Of a stretch of 64,000 bases of DNA, positions 53,096 to 63,976 are shown piece by piece. Source of the stretch: Burkholderiaceae bacterium (GTDB taxonomy: Bacteria > Pseudomonadota > Gammaproteobacteria > Burkholderiales > Burkholderiaceae_C). Below the pieces are notes generated by a model. The model worked only from the letters and a program-made list of their open reading frames with translations. It made no database searches and had not been told where the DNA came from. Where the stretch lies: positions 437 to 64,436 of the forward strand of contig DATJYZ010000098.1 of assembly GCA_035499355.1 (NCBI GenBank), given 5' to 3'. Within the stretch, counting starts at the first letter, position 1, and each line of letters opens with the position of its first letter. Both the position numbers and the translations under genes were made by a program.

Positions 53096-53668
53096 TCAGC
53101 GCTTGCCGCCGAACCCCGGCATGCCGGTGAACATCGCGCCGGCCTGCTTTTGCATCTGCTCCTGCATCTGCTCGAACAGGTGCTTCGATTGCTCGAGGTA
53201 GTTGCCCATCAGGTTCTGCATCACCGGCGTCTGGCCGCCCAGGAGCTTGGACCACGCCTCCGGCGTGAACGTGTTGGCGTCGAACATGCCCTGGGCCTGC
53301 TCGCTCAAGCGGCGTTGCAGGTCGACGAAGGCCTGCAGGTTCTTCTCCAGGTGCTGGCCCATCATGCCCTGCATCGCGTGGCCGTAGAAGCGGATGATCT
53401 GCGCCAGCGTCTGCGCGGAGAACATCGGCACGCCGCCGGTCTCTTCCTCGAGAATGATCTGCAGCAGGATGCTGCGCGTCAGCTCCTCGCCGCTCTTGGC
53501 GTCGCGCACCTCGAACTGCTCGTTGTCGAGCACCATCTTCTTGACGTCGGCCAGCGTGATGTAGCTGCTGGCCCGCGTGTCGTACAGACGCCGGTTCGGA
53601 TACTTCTTCAGGATGCGCGGACCCTGGGTGTCTGCGGCCTGGGCTGCAGCGCGGCGTGACGCTGGCAT
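53096..53668 (-). CDS. phaR: polyhydroxyalkanoate synthesis repressor
   Basis: [28 protein letters not shown]...LLQIILEEE is the PhaR signature. Confidence 0.9.
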   Translation of the reverse strand: MPASRRAAAQAADTQGPRILKKYPNRRLYDTRASSYITLADVKKMVLDNEQFEVRDAKSGEELTRSILLQIILEEETGGVPMFSAQTLAQIIRFYGHAMQGMMGQHLEKNLQAFVDLQRRLSEQAQGMFDANTFTPEAWSKLLGGQTPVMQNLMGNYLEQSKHLFEQMQEQMQKQAGAMFTGMPGFGGKR

Positions 53669-53783
53669 TGCGGAGAGCTCCTTGTCGGTGCGCTGGATTC
53701 TAGGCGGGGCTTCGCCGCGTGCCGCGCCGGGTTTCCCCGGCCGCCGGCTGCACCCGCGCGACGGCAACGGCTAGACTTTTGCC

Positions 53784-55190
<1,407 letters not shown>

Positions 55191-55199
55191 CGGCGCGCG

Positions 55200-56672
55200 T
55201 CAGGTCCAGAACTCGTCGGCCTGCGCCACCTTCACCAGCACCTTGCGCGCGACACGCGCCGTCACCGCGAGGTGCGCTTCGAGATAGCCGGCGGCAAACC
55301 AGGCGGCCGGACGTTCGGCCGCCTCGGCGCGAAACGCGGCTGCGGCGACCGCGACGTCGTTGTGGTGGCCCAGCGCGTCCTGCGCGGCGCCGAGCCGCTT
55401 GAGATAGCGCCGGGCGGCATCCTCGGGCCACAGGTCCAGCGTCAACTCGGCGAGGTAACGCAGTCGCTTCAGGCGCTTGCGAACGCGATGCTGGCGTTCC
55501 AGCGGCAGCCGGTGGAAGCGGCGGCCGTCGCGCGTCACCTGTCGATGCAGGCCGCCCAGTCGCTGCGCCAGCCAGTCGCGCGTCGCCGCCGGCGACAACG
55601 CGGCGAAGCGCTCGTCGCCCGCATGCGCCAGCGCCAGGATCGCCACCAGCGTGCGTTGGAACGCTGGATCGCGCGCCGTGGCCATCGGGTCGGCCTGGCC
55701 GCGCGGCCGCCACGCCAGCAAGGGTGCGGAGACGGCCTGCAGCAGTGGCCGCACGGCGAGCGCGCAGACCTCGTCGTCGCGCAGTTCGCCCAGGCGCGCG
55801 AAGGCAGCGGAAAGCGCGCCATCCCACTGCGGCGCGATCGCCGGCGACAGTGCGGCGAGCTCGCGCAGCACGGTGCGCAGGCGCCGCAAGCCGACCCGTG
55901 CCTGGTGAATCGTCTCCAGCGCGTTCACGCCTTCGGCGAGGTCGCTCACGTTGGCCAGCACGTGTTCGAGCGCGGACTGCAGCAGCGCCCGCAGCAGCGT
56001 CGGCCCGTCGGCGTCCGCCGCGAGCCCGGTGCCTCGCGCGCGCGTCGGTGGCGGCGCGGCGCTGGCGCTCGACAGGCGCTCGCCGCGTGCGGCCTTGGTC
56101 GTCGTGCACAGCCAGAGCCCGCCATGTTCGATCCAGGCGCCGGCAAGGTCGAACACACCCTGCACGGGGCCTGCCTTGTGCTCGAGCTCGAGCTCGCACA
56201 GCGGTGCACTGAGCGCACCGGCGCGCACCTGCCCGGTATCGAGCGCCACCTCGATCTCGGTGCCGCGCGCGTCGCGCAACGCGCAGCGCAGCCGAGCGAC
56301 GTCGGTGCCGTGCCGCTCGATCAGGGCCGGCGCCGGCGCGTCGTGCAGCGCCGCGTGCAGCGCCGATGCCGCTTCGCTGCCGTCGTGGCGCGCGATGTCG
56401 AGCGCTGGCATGGGCGATGCCGGGCCCGGTACCCGCACCTCGTGCTCCTGGCGGTGGACGGCCCCTGCGCCGGCCGCCTTCAGCGTCTGCATCCAGCGCC
56501 GGCCTTCCAGACGCAGGCGCAGCGCGACACCGGCGCGCGCCAACGCGCCGTCGGCGGTGTCGAAATAGGTGGCCTGCATGCGCGTCGTGCGCGCGCGGTG
56601 CGCGCGCAGCGCGGCACGCAACGAAGGCACCGCTGCTTCCGGGACGCACAGCTTGACTTCGAGTTCAGCCAT
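55200..56672 (-). CDS. CYTH + CHAD domain protein (YgiF-like triphosphate tunnel metalloenzyme)
   Basis: The N-terminal MAELEVKLCV (ExExK) begins a CYTH domain. The C-terminal helical half is Arg/Leu/His-rich and CHAD-like. Confidence 0.78.
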   Translation of the reverse strand: MAELEVKLCVPEAAVPSLRAALRAHRARTTRMQATYFDTADGALARAGVALRLRLEGRRWMQTLKAAGAGAVHRQEHEVRVPGPASPMPALDIARHDGSEAASALHAALHDAPAPALIERHGTDVARLRCALRDARGTEIEVALDTGQVRAGALSAPLCELELEHKAGPVQGVFDLAGAWIEHGGLWLCTTTKAARGERLSSASAAPPPTRARGTGLAADADGPTLLRALLQSALEHVLANVSDLAEGVNALETIHQARVGLRRLRTVLRELAALSPAIAPQWDGALSAAFARLGELRDDEVCALAVRPLLQAVSAPLLAWRPRGQADPMATARDPAFQRTLVAILALAHAGDERFAALSPAATRDWLAQRLGGLHRQVTRDGRRFHRLPLERQHRVRKRLKRLRYLAELTLDLWPEDAARRYLKRLGAAQDALGHHNDVAVAAAAFRAEAAERPAAWFAAGYLEAHLAVTARVARKVLVKVAQADEFWT

Positions 56673-56766
56673 GCGTGGCGAGGCCGCAATCCGGGGTTCG
56701 CATGCCGGCTCCCAACATCCAAACGCGCAACGGCACCCGCAGGTGCCGTCTGTCCCCAGTGATCCT

Positions 56767-56843
56767 TGGTAGGCGCGATTGGACTCGAACCAACGACCCC
56801 CACCATGTCAAGGTGGTGCTCTAACCAGCTGAGCTACGCGCCT
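56767..56843 (-). tRNA. tRNA-Val (anticodon GAC)
   Basis: The reverse complement AGGCGCGTAGCTCAGCTGGTTAGAGCACCACCTTGACATGGTGGGGGTCGTTGGTTCGAGTCCAATCGCGCCTACCA folds as a cloverleaf. The anticodon stem is CCACC/GGTGG and the loop is TTGACAT. Confidence 0.9.
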
Positions 56844-56870
56844 GCGAGGGCGGCATTCTAGCAGCGCACC

Positions 56871-59117
56871 TCAGTGCCGCCGCGCGCTGCGCACGCCTGG
56901 AATGCGGGCGATCTGCGCCAGCACCACGGGCAGCCGGGTCGCCTGATCGACCTCGACCGTCAGCTCCATGTGCACGAGGCCGCCCTGCGGCGCCGGCTGC
57001 GTCTGCACCGCGGTCACGTTCATGCGCTCCTTGGCAAACAGCTCGGAGATGTCGCGCAACAGTCCGGCGCGCTCCTGCGCTTCGACCCACACCTTCACCG
57101 GATAGACCGCGTCGCTGCCGGCGGTCCGGCTGCCCCAGGCCACCGCGATCGCGCGCTCGGGATTGGCGCGCAGCATCTGGCGGAAGTTGCTGCAGCTCGC
57201 GCGGTGGATCGCCACGCCTTTGCCGCGCGTGACGTAGCCACCGATCGCGTCGGGCGGCGCCGGCCGGCAGCAACGCGCCAGCGTGGTCAACAACGATTCG
57301 ACGCCGACCACCAGCACGCCGCCGTCACTCGCCTTGGCGCGGCGCAGCGCGATGGTTTCGGGCACCGGCGCTGCAGCCTCGGGCGGCTTGAGCAGGGTCT
57401 CGATGTGGCGCAGCGAGAACTCGTCCTTGCCGACCACCTCGAACAGCGCGTCGGCGCCCTTGAAGCCGAGTCGTGCCGCCAGCTCGTCGAGCTTGAGCGC
57501 CGTGCGGCCTTCGCGCTGCAGCAGCTTCTCCACCAGCTCGCGACCGCGCGCGATCGTCTCGTGCTGAGCCTTGGCGTTGAACCAGGCGCGCACCTTGGCG
57601 CGCGCGCGCGGGCTCTTCAGGTAACCGAGTTCCGGATTGAGCCAGTCCATCGACGGCCCGCCGTCCTTGATGGCGGTGACCTCCACCGTCTGGCCATTGG
57701 CCAGCGCCGTGTTGAGCGGCACCATCGCGCCATCGACCCGCGCGCCGCGGCAGCGGTGACCGAGGTCGGTGTGCAGCGCGTACGCGAAGTCCACCGGTGT
57801 CGCACCCGCTGGCAGCTCGATCACCGTGGCCTGCGGCGTGAACACGAAGATGCGGTCGTCGAAGCCCTGTGTGCCGTCGTGCGACACCTGCGCGGCGTGA
57901 TCGCGCTCCCAGGCCAGCAGCTGGCGCAGCACGGCCTTGCGCGCCTGCGCCACCCGCTCCTCAAACTGGCCGGCAGCGCTGGCGCCGCCATAGCCACGCA
58001 CGCCCCCCTCCTTGTAGGCCCAGTGCGCCGCGACGCCGTACTCGGCATGCTCGTGCATCGCGCGCGTGCGGATCTGCACTTCCAGCGGCGCGCCGTCGTC
58101 GTCGAGCACCACGGTGTGCAGCGACTGGTAGCCGTTGGCTTTCGGCCTGGCGATGTAGTCGCTGAACTGCTCGGGCAGTGCACGCCAGCGCGCATGCACG
58201 CACGACAGCGCCGCGTAGCAGTCGCGCACGTCGGGCACGATCACGCGCAGCGCGCGCAGGTCGTAGATCGATGCCAGGTCGACTCCCTTGCCCTGCATCT
58301 TCTTCCAGATGCTGTACAGGTGCTTGGGCCGGCCCTGCACCTGCGCATCGATGCCGGCGACCACGAGCTCCCGGCGCATGCGCTGGGCGGCCTCGCGCAC
58401 CGCGCCTTCGCGGCGCGCCCGGGTCTGGTCGAGCGCGCGCGCGATCTGCGCGTACCGAGCCGGTTGCAGGAAGCGGAACGACAGGTCCTCGAGCTCCCAC
58501 TTGATCTGCCAGATGCCCAGGCGATTGGCCAACGGCGCGAACACCTGTTGCGACTCCAGCGCCAGCGCCGGCGGACACGGCTGCTTCGCAGCCGCGTGCC
58601 AGCGCAGCGTCTGCAGGCGCGACGCCAGCCGCAGCAGCACCACGCGCAGGTCGCGCGAGAACGCGAGCAGCATCTTGCGCACGCGTTCGGTCTGCAGTTC
58701 GCGCCGCTCGTCCTCGACGCTGGCCGCGCGCGCGGCACGCTGCACCGCCACCAGCTTGCGCGTGTGCTCCACCAGCCCGGCATACGACTCGCCGAACGCA
58801 TTGCGCACCATCTCTTCCGGCCGCTGCAGGAAGTCCGACGCGTACACCAGGTAGGCCGCGGCGCGCAGCGTGGGCGCTGCTCCGATGCCTTCGAGGATCG
58901 CCGCGACGCCGTCGGCGTGAGCCAGGGCCGGCTCACCGGTGTCGAGCACGTGGCCGGCCAGCAGCGGCTCGGCGAAGGCGCGGGCACGCTGCAGCGCGCC
59001 GGCCTCCTGCACCGCGTTGACGTCGACCGCCAGCGTGCCTGCCACCGGCACGTCGACCTCGGCCAGGCGCACGATCGGCGCGGCGTCGCTGCCGACGGGG
59101 ACCAGCTCGGTCTTCAC
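56871..59117 (-). CDS. relA: GTP pyrophosphokinase, (p)ppGpp synthetase I
   Basis: The synthetase core is RPKHLYSIWKKM...DLRALRVIV...YQSLHT. TGS and ACT regions are present, and the hydrolase HD region is degenerate. GTG 59117 overlaps the upstream stop as GTGA, but the exact start is uncertain. Confidence 0.9.
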   Translation of the reverse strand: MKTELVPVGSDAAPIVRLAEVDVPVAGTLAVDVNAVQEAGALQRARAFAEPLLAGHVLDTGEPALAHADGVAAILEGIGAAPTLRAAAYLVYASDFLQRPEEMVRNAFGESYAGLVEHTRKLVAVQRAARAASVEDERRELQTERVRKMLLAFSRDLRVVLLRLASRLQTLRWHAAAKQPCPPALALESQQVFAPLANRLGIWQIKWELEDLSFRFLQPARYAQIARALDQTRARREGAVREAAQRMRRELVVAGIDAQVQGRPKHLYSIWKKMQGKGVDLASIYDLRALRVIVPDVRDCYAALSCVHARWRALPEQFSDYIARPKANGYQSLHTVVLDDDGAPLEVQIRTRAMHEHAEYGVAAHWAYKEGGVRGYGGASAAGQFEERVAQARKAVLRQLLAWERDHAAQVSHDGTQGFDDRIFVFTPQATVIELPAGATPVDFAYALHTDLGHRCRGARVDGAMVPLNTALANGQTVEVTAIKDGGPSMDWLNPELGYLKSPRARAKVRAWFNAKAQHETIARGRELVEKLLQREGRTALKLDELAARLGFKGADALFEVVGKDEFSLRHIETLLKPPEAAAPVPETIALRRAKASDGGVLVVGVESLLTTLARCCRPAPPDAIGGYVTRGKGVAIHRASCSNFRQMLRANPERAIAVAWGSRTAGSDAVYPVKVWVEAQERAGLLRDISELFAKERMNVTAVQTQPAPQGGLVHMELTVEVDQATRLPVVLAQIARIPGVRSARRH

Positions 59118-59980
59118 GGCGACAACAGAAACTCGCGCACCGCCTGCACCTGATCGGGCTGCACCAGCATGGGGGCGTGGCCGACGCCGGCGAATTCGAC
59201 CAAGCGCGCGCGCGGACCGCGCTGGCCCATTTCGCGCGCGGTGTCGCGCGACAGCAGGTCGGACTCGGCGCCGCGCAACAGCAGCGTCGGGCAACGCAGC
59301 GCGTCGTAGGTCTGCCAGAGCGCGGCTTCGCCCGCGGCCGCCAGCTGCGGCGTGATGGCCTTGAACGGCACCGCGATGTCGGGGTCGCTGCGCGGAACCA
59401 GCGCATCGCCATCGGTCTTCAGCTGCGGTTCAGTCAGCGCCAGCCACTGCTCGCGGGTGTGGCGGCCGAAGCCGGTGGAGATGGCCCAGATCGCATCGGC
59501 CGCTTCATCGAGCGTCTTCCAGCGACGCACTTGGCCGACGTACCCGCCGATGCGAGCGATGCCCGCCGGATCGAGCCGCGGCCCGACGTCATTGAGCACC
59601 AGTTTGCCGACCGGTGACCCCCCCAGCGCCGCGACGCCGAGGCCGATCAGCCCGCCCATCGACGTGCCGAGCCAGTGCACCGTGCGCGCGTTCAGCCGCG
59701 CGAGCAGCGCCACCATGTCGGACACGTATTGCGGCAAACCATAGCCCATCGGATCGCGCAGCCAGTCGGAGCGCCCGCGGCCCACCACATCGGGACACAC
59801 GACGCGATAGCGGTCGAGCATGGTGCGAGCCAAGGTGTCGAAATCACGCCCTTGGCGCGTCAAGCCGTGGACGCACACCAGCACGGTGTCGTTGTCGGGA
59901 TCACCCCACTCCCAGTACGCCATGCGGTGCAGGTTGCGGCCACTGAGGCATGACACGTCAAGCAGTCGGGGATCGGACAC
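59114..59980 (-). CDS. alpha/beta-fold hydrolase
   Basis: 288 aa from GTG 59980, with AAGGAG 6 nt upstream. The HG oxyanion motif is VCVHGL and the nucleophile elbow is GTSMGG. Confidence 0.8.
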   Translation of the reverse strand: MSDPRLLDVSCLSGRNLHRMAYWEWGDPDNDTVLVCVHGLTRQGRDFDTLARTMLDRYRVVCPDVVGRGRSDWLRDPMGYGLPQYVSDMVALLARLNARTVHWLGTSMGGLIGLGVAALGGSPVGKLVLNDVGPRLDPAGIARIGGYVGQVRRWKTLDEAADAIWAISTGFGRHTREQWLALTEPQLKTDGDALVPRSDPDIAVPFKAITPQLAAAGEAALWQTYDALRCPTLLLRGAESDLLSRDTAREMGQRGPRARLVEFAGVGHAPMLVQPDQVQAVREFLLSP

Positions 59981-60032
59981 GGTGAACTCCTTTGCCGATA
60001 ATGATCCTAACAACGGAACACGAGGAACCACC

Positions 60033-60803
60033 ATGTTGAAGGGAAAGACCGCCCTGGTCACCGGCTCCACCAGCGGCATCGGCCTGGGTATGGCCCTGTC
60101 TTTGGCGCGCGATGGCGCCAACATCATGCTCAATGGCTTCGGTGAGTTCGAGGCGGCCAGGCGCGCCGTGGCCGAATGCGGCGTCAAGGTGTCGTACCAC
60201 GGTGCCGACATGAGCAAGCCGGCCGAGATCGAAGCCATGGTGCGCACCTGCGAACAGGAGTTCGGCGCGCTCGACATCCTGGTGAACAACGCCGGCATCC
60301 AGCATGTCGCCAAGGTCGAGGATTTCCCGCCCGAACGCTGGGACGCGATCATCGCGATCAACCTGACCTCGGCTTTCCACACCACGCGGCTGGCCCTGCC
60401 CGGCATGAAGAAGCGCAACTGGGGCCGCATTCTCAACGTCGCGTCGACCCACGGGCTGGTGGCGTCGGCGGAGAAGTCGGCCTACGTCGCGAGCAAGCAC
60501 GGCATCGTCGGTTTCACCAAGAGCATCGCACTCGAAACCGCCACCACCGGGGTCACGGTGAACGCCATCTGCCCGGGCTGGGTGCTGACGCCGCTGGTGC
60601 AGAAGCAGATCGACGCGCGCGCTGCGCAAGAGAAGCTCAGCGCTGCCGATGCCAGGAAGGAACTGTTGGCCGAGAAGCAACCGTCGCTGCAGTTCACCAC
60701 GGTCGAGCAGCTCGGCGCGCTGGCGGTGTTCCTGTGTTCGCCCGCAGCCGACAACGTGCGTGGCGTGGCCTGGAACGTCGACGGCGGCTGGGTGGCGCAG
60801 TAG
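60033..60803 (+). CDS. bdhA: 3-hydroxybutyrate dehydrogenase (SDR)
   Basis: TGSTSGIG, NNAG and YVASKHG are present, and the overall sequence is typical of BdhA. Confidence 0.88.
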   Translation: MLKGKTALVTGSTSGIGLGMALSLARDGANIMLNGFGEFEAARRAVAECGVKVSYHGADMSKPAEIEAMVRTCEQEFGALDILVNNAGIQHVAKVEDFPPERWDAIIAINLTSAFHTTRLALPGMKKRNWGRILNVASTHGLVASAEKSAYVASKHGIVGFTKSIALETATTGVTVNAICPGWVLTPLVQKQIDARAAQEKLSAADARKELLAEKQPSLQFTTVEQLGALAVFLCSPAADNVRGVAWNVDGGWVAQ

Positions 60804-60813
60804 CAGCGTCGCG

Positions 60814-61533
60814 TCAGCGGGTCATCTGCACGCTGCCGTTGACCTGCACGGTGACGCCGGCCTTGCCGGCCTCGACCGGGATCGAGTCGTCCGCGCTCGC
60901 GGCCGCCATGGCGCGCACGCGCGGCATCGGCAATCCGATCGGCGGCTCCGACGTGCCGACGTTGACCTCGCGCACCGTGTAGCCGGCATAGCCGAACTGC
61001 TTGGCGTAGTCGCCCGCGCGGGCGCGGAACTTGGCGATCGCCTGCGCAGCCGCATCGCCCTCGACGCGCTCGCGCGTCTCGCGCGCCAGCGCGTAGCCCA
61101 CGCGGGCCACGGTCAGCGTGCCGAGCCGGCCGGCGAGCTGCGCGATCGCGCTCATGTCTCTGCCTTCGAGCACCAGTTCGGCCTGGCCGACCCAGCCACT
61201 GATGGCGGAACTCTTGGGTCCGTAGCGCGGCGACAGGCTGAACGCACCGGTGCGCACGTCGAGTTGGCCCGGTCGATGCGCCTTGCGCGCATCGCTCAGG
61301 GCCGAATCGATCGCCTGGCGCAGCTGGCTCTGCACCGTCGCCGCGTCGCTCCCCTCGCGCGACGTGGCCAGCGTCATCGAGAGGATGTCGAATGGCACCT
61401 CCACCGCGGCGGACGCCGACAGCGTCAAGGTATCATTGGGCTGCAGAGCCGGTGCTGCGGGCTGAGCGTGTACCACTGAACACGCTGTCAGCGCGGCGCC
61501 GAAAATCAAACCGATGGTGTCCATGCGCGTCAT
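60814..61533 (-). CDS. SIMPL/DUF541 domain periplasmic protein
   Basis: 239 aa with a signal peptide ending ...CSVVHAQ. The general SIMPL-like pattern includes the tail ...AGKAGVTVQVNGSVQM. Confidence 0.72.
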   Translation of the reverse strand: MTRMDTIGLIFGAALTACSVVHAQPAAPALQPNDTLTLSASAAVEVPFDILSMTLATSREGSDAATVQSQLRQAIDSALSDARKAHRPGQLDVRTGAFSLSPRYGPKSSAISGWVGQAELVLEGRDMSAIAQLAGRLGTLTVARVGYALARETRERVEGDAAAQAIAKFRARAGDYAKQFGYAGYTVREVNVGTSEPPIGLPMPRVRAMAAASADDSIPVEAGKAGVTVQVNGSVQMTR

Positions 61534-61734
61534 GGCAGGTCCTCGTTCGCGACTTCGTGACAGGGCCGCCAGTGTGCCGCGTGGGCATCGACCGCTGCAT
61601 GCGTCGCACCGGCCGTGTCCCACGTCACGGAACCGCAAGCAAAGCCCGAAATAGATGTAACAGCCGGTCGGTTTTCAGCGTTTGCATGGGTTTTCCCCCG
61701 GCAAAATGCCGCTGTTACAAATGTGGAGTTGCAG

Positions 61735-62469
61735 ATGAATACGCCCGCCAACACTCGACCCGACCGCATCGTCGTGGTCGACGACGACGCGCGCATCCGG
61801 GATCTCTTGCGCCGCTACCTCACCCAGGAAGGGTTCGAGGTGCTGTTGGCCGAAGACGCCAAGGCGCTGAACCGCATTCTGACCCGCGAGACGATCGACC
61901 TGATCGTGCTCGACCTCATGCTGCCCGGTGAAGACGGGCTGTCGATCTGCCGTCGGCTGCGCGCCGCCAACGACGTGACGCCGATCATCATGCTGACGGC
62001 CAAGGTCGAAGACGTCGATCGCATCGTCGGTCTCGAGGTCGGCGCCGACGACTATCTGCCCAAGCCGTTCAACCCACGCGAGCTGCTGGCGCGCGTGCAT
62101 GCGGTGCTGCGCCGCCGCCCGGCGATGGAAGCGCCCGGCGCGCCGTCGAAGGAGCCCCAGACGGTCGCCTTCGGTCCGTTCGAGTTCGACCTGAGCCTGC
62201 GCCGCCTGATGAAGAACGGCGAGCAGATCGCGCTGACCACCGGCGAGTTCTCGATGCTCAAGGCGCTGGTGCGGCACCCGCGGCAACCGCTGTCGCGCGA
62301 CAAGCTGGCGCAGCTGGCGCGCGGCCGCGAGTTCGAGCCGTTCGACCGCAGCCTGGATGTGCAGATCTCGCGCCTGCGCAAGATGATCGAGTCCGATCCC
62401 TCGCAGCCGCGCTACATCCAGACGGTCTGGGGCGTGGGCTACGTGTTCGTGCCAGACGGCGCGAACTGA
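61735..62469 (+). CDS. ompR: two-component response regulator OmpR
   Basis: REC (IVVVDDD...DLMLPGEDG...KPF) plus winged helix (...IQTVWGVGYVFVP). GGAG lies 6 nt before the ATG. Confidence 0.92.
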   Translation: MNTPANTRPDRIVVVDDDARIRDLLRRYLTQEGFEVLLAEDAKALNRILTRETIDLIVLDLMLPGEDGLSICRRLRAANDVTPIIMLTAKVEDVDRIVGLEVGADDYLPKPFNPRELLARVHAVLRRRPAMEAPGAPSKEPQTVAFGPFEFDLSLRRLMKNGEQIALTTGEFSMLKALVRHPRQPLSRDKLAQLARGREFEPFDRSLDVQISRLRKMIESDPSQPRYIQTVWGVGYVFVPDGAN

Positions 62470-62479
62470 TCCACCCCCG

Positions 62480-62550
62480 AGCGGCCTCCGGGCCGCTTCC
62501 CCCTCGAGGGGGCGACGCCAACGGCCTGGCAGAGCCAGATCCGTGGCATC
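62480..62550. repeat. REP-like element, copy D (same orientation as copy A)
   Basis: It is collinear with copy A: AGCGGC-N6-GCCGCTTCCCCC..GGGGGC...GAGCC(A/G)GATCCG(T/C)GG. It includes a perfect palindrome CCCCCTCGAGGGGG at 62499..62512. Confidence 0.6.
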
Positions 62551-62644
62551 CCCTTGACGGGCGCTTGCGCCTTCGGCGCTTCGCTTACGTGGCGCCCGAG
62601 CGGTCGTGTATCGTGCGGCCCGCGCCGAACCCGATTGCCCTGAC

Positions 62645-63976
62645 ATGCCCCGCTCGCAAGGTGTCGCCCTCAGCCTGTTCTGGCGCACCTTCGTGCTGCT
62701 GGCCATCTTGCTGGGCAGCGGCATCATGGCCTGGGTGTGGACGCTGCGCTCGCTCGAGTTCGAGCCGCGCGCGGTGGCCGCCGCGCAGCAGATCGCGAGC
62801 TTGGTGAACCTGGCGCGCGCGGCGCTCAAGAACACCGATGCGATCAACCGCGTGGCGATGGTCAAGACGCTGGCGGGTCAGGAGGCGATCCGCATCGCGC
62901 CGCACGAACCCAGCGACAAGTGGGACCCGTTCGAGGAGGACCGCTTCACGCGCGTGGTGGCGGCCGAGCTGCACAACCGCCTTGGCGCCGACACGATCGT
63001 GGCGCGCAGCGTCAACGGTCAAGCCGGCCTGTGGGTCGGCTTCGGCATCGAGAGAGATGCCTGGTGGCTGCAGACCGAGCTCGGGCGCGTGCAGGCACTG
63101 ACCGGGCCCACCTGGTTCGTCTGGGTCGGCATCGCCTTGCTGGCCACCATCTTCGGCTCGGTGGCGATCGCTCGCTTGATCAACCAGCCACTGCGCGAGC
63201 TCAGTTTCGCGGCCAGCCGCATCCGCGAGGGCGAGTTCGACTCGCGCCTCGACGAGAACACGATGACCAGCGAGATCCGCGAGGTCAACATGGGCTTCAA
63301 CCGGATGGCGCGCGAACTCGCCAAGGTCGAAGAAGACCGCGCCGTGATGCTGGCCGGCATCAGCCACGATCTGCGCACGCCGCTGGCGCGGCTGCGTCTC
63401 GAGGCCGAGATGAGCGTGCATGACGACGAGGCCCAGCGCAACATGGCGCAGGACATCGATCAGCTCGACGCCATCATCGACAAGTTCATGGACTATGCGC
63501 GGCCGGGCGAGTCCAAGCTCAAGCCGGTGAACCTGACGCAGGTGATCGAGCGTGAGATGCAGGGCTTCCGCGATCCGACGACGATCCGCATCCAGCACCG
63601 GGTGGCGATCGATATTTCGGTCATGGCCGACGACATCGAGCTTGGCCGCGTGTTCTCCAACCTGTTCGAGAACGCACGGCGCTATGGCCGCTCGATCGAC
63701 ACCGGCATCGCGCTCGTGCAGGTGACCTATGCGCGCACCGGGCCCTGGGTGATCGTCAGCGTGCGCGACCACGGATCGGGCGTGGCGCCGGAAAAGCTGG
63801 GCCAGCTGACCACACCGTTCTTCCGCGGCGATGCGGCGCGCACTGCCGCCACCGGAGCCGGGCTGGGGCTGGCGATCGTCGAGAAGGCACTGGCGCGCAT
63901 GGGCGGCGCACTCGAACTCGACAATGCCGCCGACGGCGGCCTGGTCGCGCACGTGCGGCTGAAGCGCGCGCCCTGA
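62645..63976 (+). CDS. envZ: osmolarity sensor histidine kinase EnvZ
   Basis: Two TM segments and a HAMP domain are present. The H-box is LAGISHDLRTPL, the N-box is FSNLFENARRYG, and the G-boxes are DHGSGV and GAGLGLAIV. ATG 62645 (MPRSQG...). Confidence 0.88.
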   Translation: MPRSQGVALSLFWRTFVLLAILLGSGIMAWVWTLRSLEFEPRAVAAAQQIASLVNLARAALKNTDAINRVAMVKTLAGQEAIRIAPHEPSDKWDPFEEDRFTRVVAAELHNRLGADTIVARSVNGQAGLWVGFGIERDAWWLQTELGRVQALTGPTWFVWVGIALLATIFGSVAIARLINQPLRELSFAASRIREGEFDSRLDENTMTSEIREVNMGFNRMARELAKVEEDRAVMLAGISHDLRTPLARLRLEAEMSVHDDEAQRNMAQDIDQLDAIIDKFMDYARPGESKLKPVNLTQVIEREMQGFRDPTTIRIQHRVAIDISVMADDIELGRVFSNLFENARRYGRSIDTGIALVQVTYARTGPWVIVSVRDHGSGVAPEKLGQLTTPFFRGDAARTAATGAGLGLAIVEKALARMGGALELDNAADGGLVAHVRLKRAP

